From assembly GCA_038087875.1 (NCBI GenBank), contig CM075996.1, positions 1,676,001 through 1,740,000 of the forward strand: a stretch of DNA of 64,000 nucleotides, read 5' to 3'. The DNA comes from Malacoraja senta. Lineage: Eukaryota. The position numbers were made by a program, and so were the translations under genes. The notes under the pieces are model-generated. The model ran no database searches. It had not been told where the DNA came from and was given only the letters and a program-made list of their open reading frames with translations. Below are positions 25,201 through 37,883 of the stretch, piece after piece (the first letter of the stretch is position 1; every line of letters begins with the position of its first letter).

Positions 25201-25371
25201 TCACCGATTATATCTCTCGTTTTCCTTTCCCCAAACCAGTCTGAAGAAGCGTCTCGACCCGAAACATCACCCATTCCTTCTCCCCAGAGATGCTGCCTGT
25301 CCCGCTGAGTTACTCCAGCTTTTTGTGTCTATCCTCGGTTTAAACCAACATCTGCAGTTCCTTCCTACACA

Positions 25372-25830
25372 TTGTTGGGTGAGAACGAGAAGCTGGTGCT
25401 ACTTGGGTGGGGGAGGGATGGAGAGAGAGGGAATGAAGGGGTTACTTGAAGTTAGAGAAATCAACTGGGCTGTAAGCTGCCCAAGCGAAATATGAGATGC
25501 TGTTCCTCTAAATTGCATTTAGCCTCACTGTGACAATGGAGGAGGCCCAGGACAGAAAGCTCAGTGTGGGAATGGGAAGGGAATTAAAATGTTTGGCAAC
25601 CGGGAGATCAGGTAGGTCCAGGTGGGCTGAGCTAAGGTGTTCAGCGAAACGATCGCCCAGTCTGCGTTTGGTCTTGCCGATGTATAAGAGTCCACTTCTT
25701 GAACAATGGATACGAATAGATGATGTTGGAGGAGGTGCAAGTGAACCTCTGCCTAACCTGAAAGGATTGTCGGGGGTCCCTGGACAGAGTCGAGGGAGGT
25801 GGTATAGGGACAGGTGTTGCATCTCCTGCG
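25372..25830 (-). mobile_element. Penelope-like element, GIY-YIG endonuclease fragment
   Basis: FTCTSSNIIY / IHCSRSGLLYIGKTKRRLGDRFAEHL...PVAKHFNS, the CCHH-associated GIY-YIG domain typical of PLE C-termini. Confidence 0.85.
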
Positions 25831-26054
25831 GTTCGAACGTGGACTCGGTGGGCCGAAGGGCCTGTTTCCACGCAGTATCGCTAAAGGCAGAATCAGTGGG
25901 TGGACAGGTGACCTTTTGGGTCAGGACTCTGGGAATGCTTTTGGTTGCCCTAATGAATATAGTTTTTTTTTGCATTAGTATTATGATTATTAATTTATTG
26001 AATTATTTTGTTTATAATATTGCGTGCGTGTATTTTGCAGGTAAGCATGTACGG

Positions 26055-26560
26055 TAGCGAGCACACTGACTGGTTGAATCACGGCTTGGTTTAACAAGTT
26101 GAATGCCAAGGAACAAAGGAGGCTACAGAGAGAGGAGGACAATGCCTGGTCCATCACAGGTACGTACTCACCTGCCACCATCGATCCATCACAGGTACTC
26201 ACCTCTCCACCATCGAAGGGATCTACAGGAAATGCTGCCTCAAAAAGGCAGTCAGCATCATCGAAGACCCACACAACCCTGGCCACGCTCTCATTGAGCT
26301 AGTTAGGGCTCTTAAAGATAGCGGGAGTCAGGGGATATGGGGAGAAGGCAGGAACGGGGTACTGATTGGGGATGATCAGCCATGATCACATTGAATGGCG
26401 GTGCTGGCTCGAAGGGCCGAATGGCCTACTCCTGCACCTATTGTCTATTACACTTCAACCATAGAAAAGAAGGCACAGGAGCTTGAGAACCGTGACCTCC
26501 AGGTTCAAGAACAGTTTCTTCCCAACAACCATCAGGCTCTTGAACACTGCACAACACCAA
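26055..26560 (+). mobile_element. Rex1/Babar-type LINE 3' fragment interrupted by a CR1 3' end (26297-26448)
   Basis: Degenerate ITAWF..EQRRLQR..SITGT..CLKKAVSIIEDPHNPGH, resuming as SRFKNSFFPTTIRLLN. Confidence 0.7.
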
Positions 26561-26966
26561 CCCACTAACCTCAGCAACTGTGATCTTCTAAGGACTATCT
26601 TTCGTAGCACTCAGGACTAAAGGTTTCTCGCGGTTATAAATTTATAGAATTTTTTTGTTATATTATATTTTATCTGTGTGTTACTGAATTTACAGAACTG
26701 GCATGCTGTTGCAAGTTCATAAGTTCATAAGTGATAGGAGCAGAATTTGGTTATTCGGCCCATCAAGTCTACCCCACCATTCAATAATGGCTGATCTATC
26801 TCTCCCTCCCAACCCCATTCTCCTGCCTTCTCCCCATAACCTCTGACACCCGTACTAATCAAGAATCTATCTATCTCTGCCTTAAAAATATCCATTGACT
26901 TGGCCTCCACAGCCTTCTGTGGCAATGAATTCCACAGATTCACCACCTTCTGACTAAAGAGTAAGA

Positions 26967-27527
26967 ATGCGTACAGTTTTGGTCTCCTAATCTGAGGAAA
27001 GACATTCTTGCCATAGAGGGAGTACAGAGAAGGTTCACCAGACTGATTCCTGGGATGGCAGGACTTTCATATGAAGAAAGACTGGATAGACTCGGCTTGT
27101 ACTCGCTGGAATTTAGAAGATTGAGGGGGGATCTTACAAAAGTAGAAACTTACACAATTCTTAAGGGGTTGGACAGGCTAGATGCAGGAAGATTGTTCCC
27201 GATGTTGGGGAAGTCCAGAACTAGGGGTCACAGTTTAAGGATAAGGGGGAAGTCTTTTAGGACCGAGATGAGAAAATCATTTTTCACACAGAGAGTGGTG
27301 AATCTGTGGAATTCTCTGCCACAGATGGTAGTTGAGGCCAGTTCATTGGCTATATTTAAGAGGGAGTTAGATGTGGCCCTTGTGGCTAAAGGGATCAGGG
27401 GGTATGGAGAGAAGGCAGGTACAGGATACTGAGTTGGATGATCAGCCATGATCATATTGAATGGCGGTGCAGGCTCGAAGGGCCAAATGGCCTACTCCTG
27501 CACCTATTGTCTATGTTTCTATGTTTC
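26967..27527 (+). mobile_element. CR1 LINE 3' fragment
   Basis: ORF 27055-27432 is nearly identical to the C-terminus of the 32501 element. Confidence 0.9.
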
Positions 27528-28487
27528 TAATTTAATTATTCCTTTTCTGGTATATATGACAATAAAACTCTTGATTCCAGGTCCCGACCCGAAACTTTGC
27601 CTATCACTGTCCTCCAGAGATGCTGCCTGATCAGTTGAGTTACTCCAGCACTCTGTGTGTTTTATGCAAGATTGCAGCAACTGCAGTTCCTTGTGTCTAC
27701 TCTTGACTTGTGACACATATCTTCCTGCCGTTTACAGATGCTCATTTAAGGCCTCTTTCTGTGATCACGGTTTTTGGTTCACCAGTCCTAATTCCTCCTT
27801 CTCTGGTTTGGTGTCAACCCATGGTTTGCTGATACACTAGTGAATCACTTTGAGAAGGCTAAGTTATTACCCAAAAGGTGTTAAATAAATACAAGCTGCT
27901 GCTGTTATTTTGGTCGGAACCGAATGTATGAAACAGCATCAGAGACCCGGGTTCCATCCTGACTACGGGTACTGTCTGTACGGAGTTTGTACGTCCTCCC
28001 CGTGACCCGCGTGGGTGCGCAAGGAGGCGTCCGGAGAGGACCCTGCGTAGATAGTGGAGAGGTCGGTGTGGCTGTCAATGATGGCGCCGACCGACTGATA
28101 GACGAGGACGGACACGTGGAAGTGGGGACGCCGCTGCCGGGGGGACGGAACAGAGGAGGATTCGGCGTGGGGGGGGACCGTGGTGACGAACACTATCCTA
28201 CACACACTGGGGACAATTTACATTTTTAATACCAAGCCAATTAACCTACAAACCTGCACGTCTTTGGAGTGTGGGAGGAAACCGAAGATCTCGGAGAAAA
28301 CCCACGCAGGTACAGACATTGTCTGTACAGACAGCACCCGTAGTCAGGATCGAACCCGGGTCTCTGGTGCTGTTAGGCAGCAACTCTACCGCTGCACCAC
28401 CATGCTCACTCCAAAGACGTACAGGTTTGTAGGTTAATTGGGTTGGTATGATTGTAAATCGCCCCTAGTGTGTGTAGGATAGCTTTA

Positions 28488-28785
28488 ACGGCCTGTCCCA
28501 CTTAGGCGACTCTTTAGGCGACTGCCAGGGATTAATCTTAATGGAATTCACCTACGACACCTGGCGACAACCCACGACAACCTACGACTGTCGCCGAAAA
28601 ACTTTCAACATGTTGAAAATGTTGCAGGTAGACAAAAGTGCTGGAGAAACTCAGCGGGTGCAGCAGCATCTATGGAGCGAAGGAAATAGGCAAAAGTTTC
28701 GAGCCGAAACCCTTCTTCAGACTCAGACTCGATTTTTTTTTAGCCTGTTGTCGCTCGAAGAAATCGCCTAAGTGGGACAGGCCCG
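28488..28785. mobile_element. PIF/Harbinger-type MITE within a V-SINE, containing a PLE-derived insert (~28627-28725)
   Basis: TIRs ggcctgtcccacttaggcga / tcgcctaagtgggacaggcc with a TTA TSD. The SINE resumes at 28789. Confidence 0.8.
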
Positions 28786-31700
28786 TTAGTATGTGGGGAT
28801 CGCTGGTCAGCAGACTCGTTGGGCCGAAGGGCCTGTTTCTGCACTGTGTCTCCAAACTAAAACAACAGTAGGTCAAAACAAAAATCCGACTTCAGCCATT
28901 GACATCCCTCCCACCACTCCCTCCCTCAACTACATTCGTATCACCAGCAAATTTAGATACATTACACGCTATTTATGGTGAACGAGAATCCAACAAAGTC
29001 GCACTCAGACATCCCAGACGCACTGATCAGAATGAAGAGAAATCGGGAATGTACAATATTGCAGCGCAGAGGCGGAAAGTTAATTATTTATTCTTACACT
29101 AAGCAGATGTGGAGAAAATTGAAAGTGAACCATGTTTCATTTTGTTTCATTCTACTTAATATTACCTGAATTAATTATAGACACTAAGTGGAACTGCTTC
29201 TATATATTGGCTCCACATTGGGGAATACATGAGGAAAGTGGCCTGGGGTTGTTGAAAATAAATGCATGCACTTTGCCAAGGAAGCTGATGCGGGATTGAG
29301 CTTCGTCAAAATGTGATCAATAGCGGAGCTTTTGGAAATGTATAGGACGGGCGTATGCTGCCTGACTTGCTGAGTTACTCCAGCACTTTGTGTCTTTGTT
29401 TGTAAACCAGCATCTGCAGTTCCTTGTTGTATCTCCAAAGGAGCATGCTGTTAATTTCGAGTTTAGTTTTGTTTAGAGATACAGCATGAAAACAGGCCCT
29501 TTGGCCCATTGTGTCCACGTCGACCATCGATCACTCATTCACACTGGTTAAGTACGTTTATTGGCCAAGTATTCACATACAATGAATTTGCCTTGGTGCT
29601 CCGCCCACAACATGACATACAGTGACAGTTACGAATAACTCAGAAAACACTAAACATTAATAATAATAATAATTAATTAATGATAAAACACCATTGATCA
29701 AGCATGTGAACCAACAAAATACCAGATTTTGGGGCTGTTGAGTGGAGCTGGTTCTATTTTCCCACTTTCTCATCCATTCCCTACACACTTGGGGGCTATT
29801 ACAGTGGGCCAACTAACCTACAAACCCGCACGTCTTTGGGAAACCTGAGCACCCGGAGGAAACACACATGGCCACAGGGAGAACGTGCGAACTCCGTTTA
29901 GACAGCATCCGAGGTCAGGATCGAACCCGGGTCTCTGGCATTGTGAGCCAGCAGCTGTACCCCCTGCGCCACAGTGCTGCTTTTCTTTGAAGACAGTCCT
30001 GTGAAGGATAATTTTGCTTGGGCAGCATAAAACCCAGCTGTATGAATTGTGATTTTCTAACTTCAAGTAAGGCTTGCATCCCCCCTCCCCCTCCATCCCT
30101 CCCCCACCCTAGTCACAGTACTAGTTTCACTGTCGTCCTGTTGAGTTCCACTGTCTGCGTAACTAATTACCACCTGCCCCACAGCCAACAATGGACCATT
30201 GTGGGCTCCACACTTCCCGGATTATCGTTGCTTTCTTAGTATCTTCCGTTCATTTGCCCTAAATGCCGTCTATATCTCTCGTTCCCTTTTCCCCCGACTC
30301 TCAGTCTGAAGAAGGGGTCTCGACCTGAAACGTCACCCATTCCTTCTCTCCAGAGACGCTGCCTGTCCCGCTGAGTTACTCCAGCATTCTGTGCCAGTTT
30401 TCTGCAGTTCCTCCCTACACACTGTGAGGCATCATTGTCTGTTTTAACTTGTTGATATGCGACGTAAATACCTGGTCTCAAGGGAAAGTTAGAAGCCGAC
30501 GTTGCCGGGGAAAAATAACTGTATAAATATAGCACTGAGGGGAAATGTTAATGATTATTTATTCTTATGCAAAGTGCATTCAAAATAAATTTGTGTGATT
30601 GGATTCTCGAAGGGAAAATTCCATTAACAGGTTAACAACTCTGATAAACTCAGGGAGTGACGAGAGTTGATAGTGCCAGGGGTTAGAGTCTGTAGAACGG
30701 ACTTCACCATAAAGTTGTGACACTCTGGGTAAGAGGGGCGTTCGAATCAATGAGAAAAATGATACAAATGCCAGAGAGGTCAGCACCAATTTGGTTCAAG
30801 GAGTGCAGGAACTTTAATTTGTGTTTCAAACCACTTTGTTTAAATTGAATTATTTTGGAGTGCTTTCATCGGAGTAGAGGAAAATAACAAACTCGCTGCA
30901 AATGGTGATTTTGGGACGGATTGTACTTAGGGTTGTATTAGAAGCAGCTGACTGAAGAATATTGGTCAGAATTATAAGGTTCGTACTAAAGTGTTTAACC
31001 AACATAAGTTGTTATCTGGATTGGATGTGGGGACGTGGATCCAAAAGTGAAATGGACGGGGAGAAGATGTTTTCACAAGTGGGAGAGTCTCGGACCAGAG
31101 AGGGCACAGCCTCAGAATAAAAGGATGCCCCTTTAGAAAGAAGATGAGGAGGAATTTCTCCAGTCAGACGGTGGTGAACTTGTGGAATTCTTTGACACAG
31201 ATGGCTGTGGAGGCCAGGCCTTGGGATATTTTTAAGGCAGAGATTGACATATTCTTGATTAGTAAGGGTGATGGGGGCTATGGGGAGAAGGCAGGAGAAT
31301 GGTGTTGAGAGGGAAAGATACATCAGCCATGATTGAATGGCGGAGTAGACTCAATGGGCCGAATGGCCTACTTCTGCTCCTATTATATGAACATGATCTC
31401 TACTGAATGTAAAGAAATGGAATCACTTGAAGCCCCTTATCCCTGCTCGCGCGAAAACAGGGGGAAGATGCCAAACACAAAATATATTTGCATTTAGAAC
31501 TCATATTTACACAGTACCCTAACGTTGCAAACAGCTTAAAGGAGTGGAACCAAGCATAATTTTACATGTATAAAACCTGGCCAAAAAGAGATGAAGAAGG
31601 ATTTTAGGAGGATTGTTAAGCAAGACAGAGAGGCAGAGAGGTTAAGAAACTGAGGGGCAACTTTTTCAGAGGGTGGTGGGTGTATGGAACGAGCTGCCGG

Positions 31701-32400
31701 AGGAGGTAGTTGAGGCAGGTACTATAACAACTTTTTACAGTCGCTTGGACAGGTACATGGATAGAAAAGCTTTAGAGGGATATGGGTCAAACGTGAGCAG
31801 GTGGGACTAGAAGAGATTGTGCATTTTTTTCAGCATGGACTGGTTGGGCCATAGGGTCTCGACCCGAAACGTCACCTATTCTTTTTTAACCAGAGATGCC
31901 GCCTGTCCCGCTGAGTTACTCCAGCGCTCTGTGTCTATCTCCGGTGTAAACCAGCGTCTGCAGTTCCTTCTTCCACAGTTGGGCCAAAGGGTCTGTTTCC
32001 GCGCTTATGATTCTCAGGACAAGGATGGTCTGTTTGAACAAGTGCACCTTCTGCAGCGAAACACTCCCACAGAATCTTTAGAAAGAAGCAAGTTACTGCA
32101 CAAATGGACAAATGTTTGTCTCTTGATATTCAAACTGTGATGCTTCTGATGGCAAGGAAAAGGGAAATGGAACTAGACACTAACATTTAGTTTAGTTTAG
32201 TTTAGAGATACAGCACGGAAACAGGCAATTCGGCCCACTGAGTCCGCGCTGACCAGCGATCACCCGAACACTATCCTATATATACTCTATGGACAATTTA
32301 TAATTTTTACTGAAGTCAATTAGCCCATAAACCTGTACGTCTTCGGAGTGTGGGAGGAAATCGGAGCGCCCGGAGAAAACTCATGCGGTCAAGGGGAGAA

Positions 32401-34675
32401 ACATAGAAACATAGAAACATAGAAATTAGGTGCAGGAGTAGGCCATTCGGCCCTTCGAGCCTGCACCGCCATTCAATATGATCATGGCTGATCATCCAAC
32501 TCAGTATCCCGTACCTGCCTTCTCTCCATACCCTCTGATCCCTTTAGCCACAAGGGCCACATCTAGCTCCCTCTTAAATATAGCCAATGAACTGGCCTCG
32601 ACTACCCTCTGTGGCAGAGAGTTCCAGAGATTCACCACTCTCTGTGTGAAAAAAGTTCTTCTCATCTCGGTTTTAAAGGATTTCCCCCTTATCCTTAAGC
32701 TGTGACCCCTTGTCCTGGACTTCCCCAACATCGGGAGCAATCTTCCTGCATCTAGCCTGTCCAACCCCTTAAGAATTTTGTAAGTTTCTATAAGATCCCC
32801 TCTCAATCTCCTAAATTCTAGTGAGTATAAACCAAGTCTATCCAGTCTTTCTTCATAAGACAGTCCTGACATCCCAGGAATCAGTCTGGTGAACCTTCTC
32901 TGCACTCCCTCTATGGCAATAATGTCCTTCCTCAGATTTGGAGACCAAAACTGTACGCAATACTCCAGGTGTGGTCTCACCAAGACCCTGTACAACTGCA
33001 GTAGAACCTCCCTGCTCCTATACTCAAATCCTTTTGCTATGAAAGCTAACATACCATTCGCTTTCTTCACTGCCTGCTGCACCTGCATGCCTACTTTCAA
33101 TGACTGGTGTACCATGACACCCAGGTCTCGCTGCATCTCCCCTTTTCCTAGTCGGCCACCATTTAGAAAATAGTCTGCTTTCCTGTTTTTGCCACCAAAA
33201 TGGATAACCTCACATTTATCCACATTATACTGCATCTGCCAAACATTTGCCCACTCACCCAGCCTATCCAAGTCACCTTGCAGTCTCCTAGCATCCTCCT
33301 CACAGCTAACACTGCCCCCCAGCTTAGTGTCATCCGCAAACTTGGAGATATTGCCTTCAATTCCCTCATCCAGGTCATTAATATATATTGTAAATAGCTG
33401 GGGTCCCAGCACTGAGCCTTGCGGTACCCCACTAGTCACTGCCTGCCATTGTGAAAAGGACCCGTTTACTCCTACTCTTTGCTTCCTGTTTGCCAGCCAG
33501 TTCTCTATCCACATCAATACTGAACCCCCAATGCCATGTGCTTTAAGTTTGTATACTAATCTCTTATGTGGGACCTTGTCGAAAGCCTTCTGGAAGTCCA
33601 GATACACCACATCCACTGGTTCTCCCCTATCCACGCTACTAGTTACATCCTCGAAAAATTCTATAAGATTCGTCAGACATGATTTACCTTTCATAAATCC
33701 ATGCTGACTTTGTCCAATGATTTCACCACTTTCCAAATGTGCTGCTATCCCATCTTTAATAACCGACTCTAGCAGTTTCCCCACTACCGATGTTAGACTA
33801 ACTGGTCTGTAATTCCCCGTTTTCTCTCTCCCTCCCTTCTTAAAAAGTGGGGTTACGTTTGCTACCCGCCAATCCTCAGGAACTACTCCAGAATCTAAAG
33901 AATTTTGAAAGATTATTACTAATGCATCCACTATTTCTGGAGCTACTTCCTTAAGTACTCTGGGATGCAGCCTATCTGGCCCTGGGGATTTATCGGCCTT
34001 TAATCCATTCAATTTACCCAACACCACTTCCCGACTAACCTGGATTTCACTCAATTCCTCCAACTCCTTTGACCCGCGGTCCCCTGCTATTTCCGGCAGA
34101 TTATTTATGTCTTCCTAGTGAAGACGGAACCAAAGTAGTTATTCAATTGGTCCGCCATATCCTTGTTCCCCATGATCAACTCACCTGTTTCTGACTGCAA
34201 GGGACCTACATTTGTTTTAACTAATCTCTTTCTTTTTACATATTTATAAAAACTTTTGCAGTCAGTTTTTATGTTCCCTGCCAGTTTTCTTTCATAATCT
34301 ATTTTTCCTTTCCTAATTAAGCCCTTTGTCCTCCTCTGCTGGTCTCTGAATTTCTCCCAGTCCTCTGGTATGCTGCTTTTTCTGGCTAATTTGTACGCAT
34401 CATCTTTCGCTTTGATACCATCCCTGATTTCCCTTGTTATCCACGGATGCACTACCTTCCCTGATTTATTCTTTTGCCAAACTGGGATGAACAATTTTTG
34501 TAGTTCATCCATGCAGTCTTTAAATGTCTTCCATTGCATGTCCACCGTCAACCCTTTTAGAATTAATTGCCAGTCAATCATGGCCAATTCATGTCTCATA
34601 CCCTCAAAGTTACCTTTCTTTAAGTTCAGAACCATTGTTTCTGAATTAACAATGTCACTCTCCATCCTAATGAAA
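32401..34675 (-). mobile_element. CR1-clade LINE, 5'-truncated, near-intact ORF2 RT region, inserted in a V-SINE
   Basis: 520-aa ORF (YLDFQKAFDKVPH, GVPQGSVLGP, KFADDTKL) plus an upstream 34105-34675 segment separated by one frameshift near 34110. (TTTCTATG)n tail. Host SINE halves at ~32188-32400 and ~34676-34770. Confidence 0.95.
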
Positions 34676-35650
34676 GGTACAAACTCCATACAGACAGCAC
34701 CCATAGTCAGGATCGAACCCGGGTCTCTGGTGCTGTGAGGCAGCAACTCTACCGGCTGCGCCACCGTGCCACCTGTAACGAGAGGCGATTTAAAGAAAAG
34801 AGGAATTTAGTCAGCGGGGGTTGAATCTGTGGAATTCTTCGCCACAGACGGCTGTAGAGGCCACAAGTCAGTGAATATTTGTAAGGCAGAGATAGATAGA
34901 TTCTTGATTAGTACGGGTGTCAGAGGTTATGGGGAGAAGGCAGGAGAATGGGGTTAGGAGGGAGAGATAGATCAGCCATGATTGAATGGTGTAGACTTGA
35001 TGGGCCGAATGGCCTAATTCTACTCCTATTCCTTATGACCTTAGGACATCTACAGGAGACTGTGCCAACTAAATAACTTGAAGCGACAATTCTTACTTAA
35101 TTCTGCTCAAATCAAAGCAAGGCAAGACTTAATAGAAGCCAGGCAGACACAAAATGCTGGAGTAACTCAGCGGGACGGGCAGCATCTCTGGAGAGAAGGA
35201 ATGGGTGACGTTTCGGATCGAGACCCTTCTTCCTGGACATCCAGAGATGCTGCCTGTCCCGCTGAGTTACTTCAGCATTTTGTGTCTACCTTCGATTTAA
35301 ACCAGCATCTGAAGTTGCTTCCTACACATAATAGAAGCCAGCTTTGCTGAGTAGGATTGTGGAGTGCAATACATAAAAAAGCAAGGATAAGTGAGAATTT
35401 TGTCAATGCTAAACACAAATAGAAAAATAAAACTGAGTGTATGTTCTATTTTTATAAACCTCTGCACTTTGTGGTCAATGAATTATTTTTGTAGCATAAT
35501 CATATGTGCAAAGCAAGTTAAAATGCTTGCCAATTTGTACACAGCAACAGAGCTCAATGTGTTAACAATTAGATAACGTCCCTTATTAATGAGTAGAAAG
35601 GAATTGCAGATACTCCTTTATGCCAAAGATAGACACAAAGTGCTGAGTAA

Positions 35651-35853
35651 AGGGCCTGTCCCACTTGGGCGTCATTTGCACGTCATTTACGCGACATCAT
35701 TTACGCGTCACGATGTACGACGCGCGCGCATGGTGCGTGGTGACGTAGGCAGTGACGCGCAGTGACGCGCGGCGCCCCAGGGTTTTGGGATTCACAAAAT
35801 CTTCGCGCGCCACCTGCGTGACGCGCAAATGACGGCCAAGTGGGACAGGCCCT
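35651..35853. mobile_element. PIF/Harbinger-type MITE
   Basis: TIRs agggcctgtcccacttgg / ccaagtgggacaggccct with a TAA TSD (35648-50, 35854-56), splitting the host motif gagtaa|ctcagc. Confidence 0.85.
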
Positions 35854-35919
35854 TAACCCAGCAGGTCAGGCAGCATCTCTGGAGAGAAGGAATGGGTGAC
35901 GTTTCGGATGGAGACAATT

Positions 35920-36110
35920 CCATGAGGAGGGGGATTGGTGGAGGCGGGAGAAAGGGTCATCACTGGGTGATGAGGACTCTTTCCGATAGCAAAAGGCGTG
36001 GAGGCGATGGAAGCTATACGTCGTGGCGGACCCGGAACTCGTTGAAGTGGGGGTGGAGGGGAACAAAGGTGAGGTCTCTCTTGAGAGCATTGAACAATCT
36101 GATCCCTGTC
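35920..36110 (-). mobile_element. Penelope-like element ORF fragment (related copy at ~21860-22500, split by a MITE)
   Basis: LKRDLTFVPLHPHFNEFRVRHDV resembles the GL-F-P motif upstream of PLE RT. Adjacent to the PLE terminal repeat in both copies. Confidence 0.55.
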
Positions 36111-37589
36111 CCGTTCTCTCTCATTTTCTCTCTCTCCTTCCCTCTCCCCCTCTCTCTCTCTCTCTCTCCTTTTCTCTCCCTCTCTCCTTCTCTCTCCCTC
36201 TCTCCTCTCTCTCTCTCTCTCCCTCTCCCTCTCATTCTCTCTCATACTGCAAATGCAGCCTAACCGATATCATGTATCATAGGTTCAAAGTGCGTTGAGG
36301 AATTGCCTAGCTGTGAAGGGTTCTATGTATGAATGGAACTCAGTGCTTCTCCAAATGAATACAGTGCAGTTGACGATAGAGTGAATTAGTCATTCCTTGC
36401 CAAGGACTTCTTTTAAAACCTTGTTTTCTCTTGACCTTGAATAGCATACCAATAATATCCCACAATGCTGCTTATAGAGATAGGAATAAATGCCATACTG
36501 TAGCTGTTGCCAGTTGGCACATACTGGAGAGAGTAGGCAACATCACAGTGTCATTCAGCACACAAACAGGCCCTTCGGCCCAACTCATCCATGCCGACCA
36601 ACATGCCCCATCTATTCTCGTCTTTGGCCCAGGTCCCTCTAAACCTTTCTCACCCACGTGCCCGTCCAAATGTATTCAAGGGAGAGTTAGATCTCGCTCT
36701 GAGGGCTAATGGAATCCAGGGATATGAGGAGAAAGCAGGAATGGGGTACTGGTTTTGGTTGGACACTTTTTCTGACAGAGAGTAGTGAGTGTGTGGAATT
36801 CTCTGTCTCAGAGGGCAGTGGAGGCAGGTTCTCTGGATGCTTTCAAGAGAGAGCTAGATAATGATCTTAAAAATAGCAGAGTCAGGGGATATGGGCAGAA
36901 GGCAGGAACGGGGTACTGATTGGGGATGATCAGCCATGATCATATTGAATGGCGGTGCTGGCTCAAATTGCCGAATGGCCTACTCCTGCACCCGTTTTCT
37001 ATGTTTCTATGTCTTGTAAATGTTGTTCAACCTGCCTCAACTACCTCCTCCAGCAGCTCGTTCCATACACCCACCCGCACTCTGAAAGAAAAAGTTAACC
37101 CCTCAGGTTCCTATTAAATCTTCCCCCCCACCTTCATCTTAAACCAATGTCCTCTAGTTTCTGATTCCCCAACTCTGGGAAAAAGACTGAGCACTCACCC
37201 TATCTATTCCCCTCCTGATTTTATATACCTCTATAAGTACACCCCTCAGCCTCCTGCACGCTAAGGAATACATTCCTAGCCTATCCAACCTCCCCATTGC
37301 CCAGGCCCTTGAGCCCTGGCAACATCATTGTAAATCTTCTCTGAACTCTTTCCAGCCTAATATTATCCCTTAATTACAGGATGACTAACAGTGAGCACAC
37401 CACTCCAAATGTGGCTTCATCCAAATCTTCAACAAATATCATATAATGTTCCAACCTCTATACTCGGTGCCCTGACTGATGAAGGCCAGCGTGCCAAAAG
37501 CCATCTACCATCAACAATGAAATTACTGCCAATGAAATTGAGGTTGGTGTCATTCAGAATAAACGGGCCAAACAATCTGGGACGATTTC

Positions 37590-37883
37590 AGGTGGTGCAG
37601 CGGGTAGAGCTGCTGCCTCTCAGCGCCAGAGATCCAGGTCCGATCCTGACTACGGGTGCTGTCTGTACGGAGTTTGTACGTTCTCCCCGTGGGATTTCTC
37701 TGGGTGCTCTGGTTTCTTCCCACACTCCAAAGACCAACAGGTTTGTAGGTTAATTGGCTTTGGTAAAATTGTAAATTGTCCCTAGTGTGTGTGGGATAGT
37801 GTTAGCGTGCGGGGAACGCTGGCCGGCATCGACTCGGTGGGCCGAAGGGCCTGTTTCCGCGATGTATCTCTAAAGTCTAAAGT
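37590..37883 (+). mobile_element. V-SINE (HE1-like)
   Basis: Same structure. Confidence 0.85.

Noticed and set aside
32501..34063. 520-aa RT ORF as a domesticated gene or retron-like system
   Set aside because: Ordinary 5'-truncated CR1 ORF2 with a frameshift and tail, with near-identical fragments elsewhere in the window.
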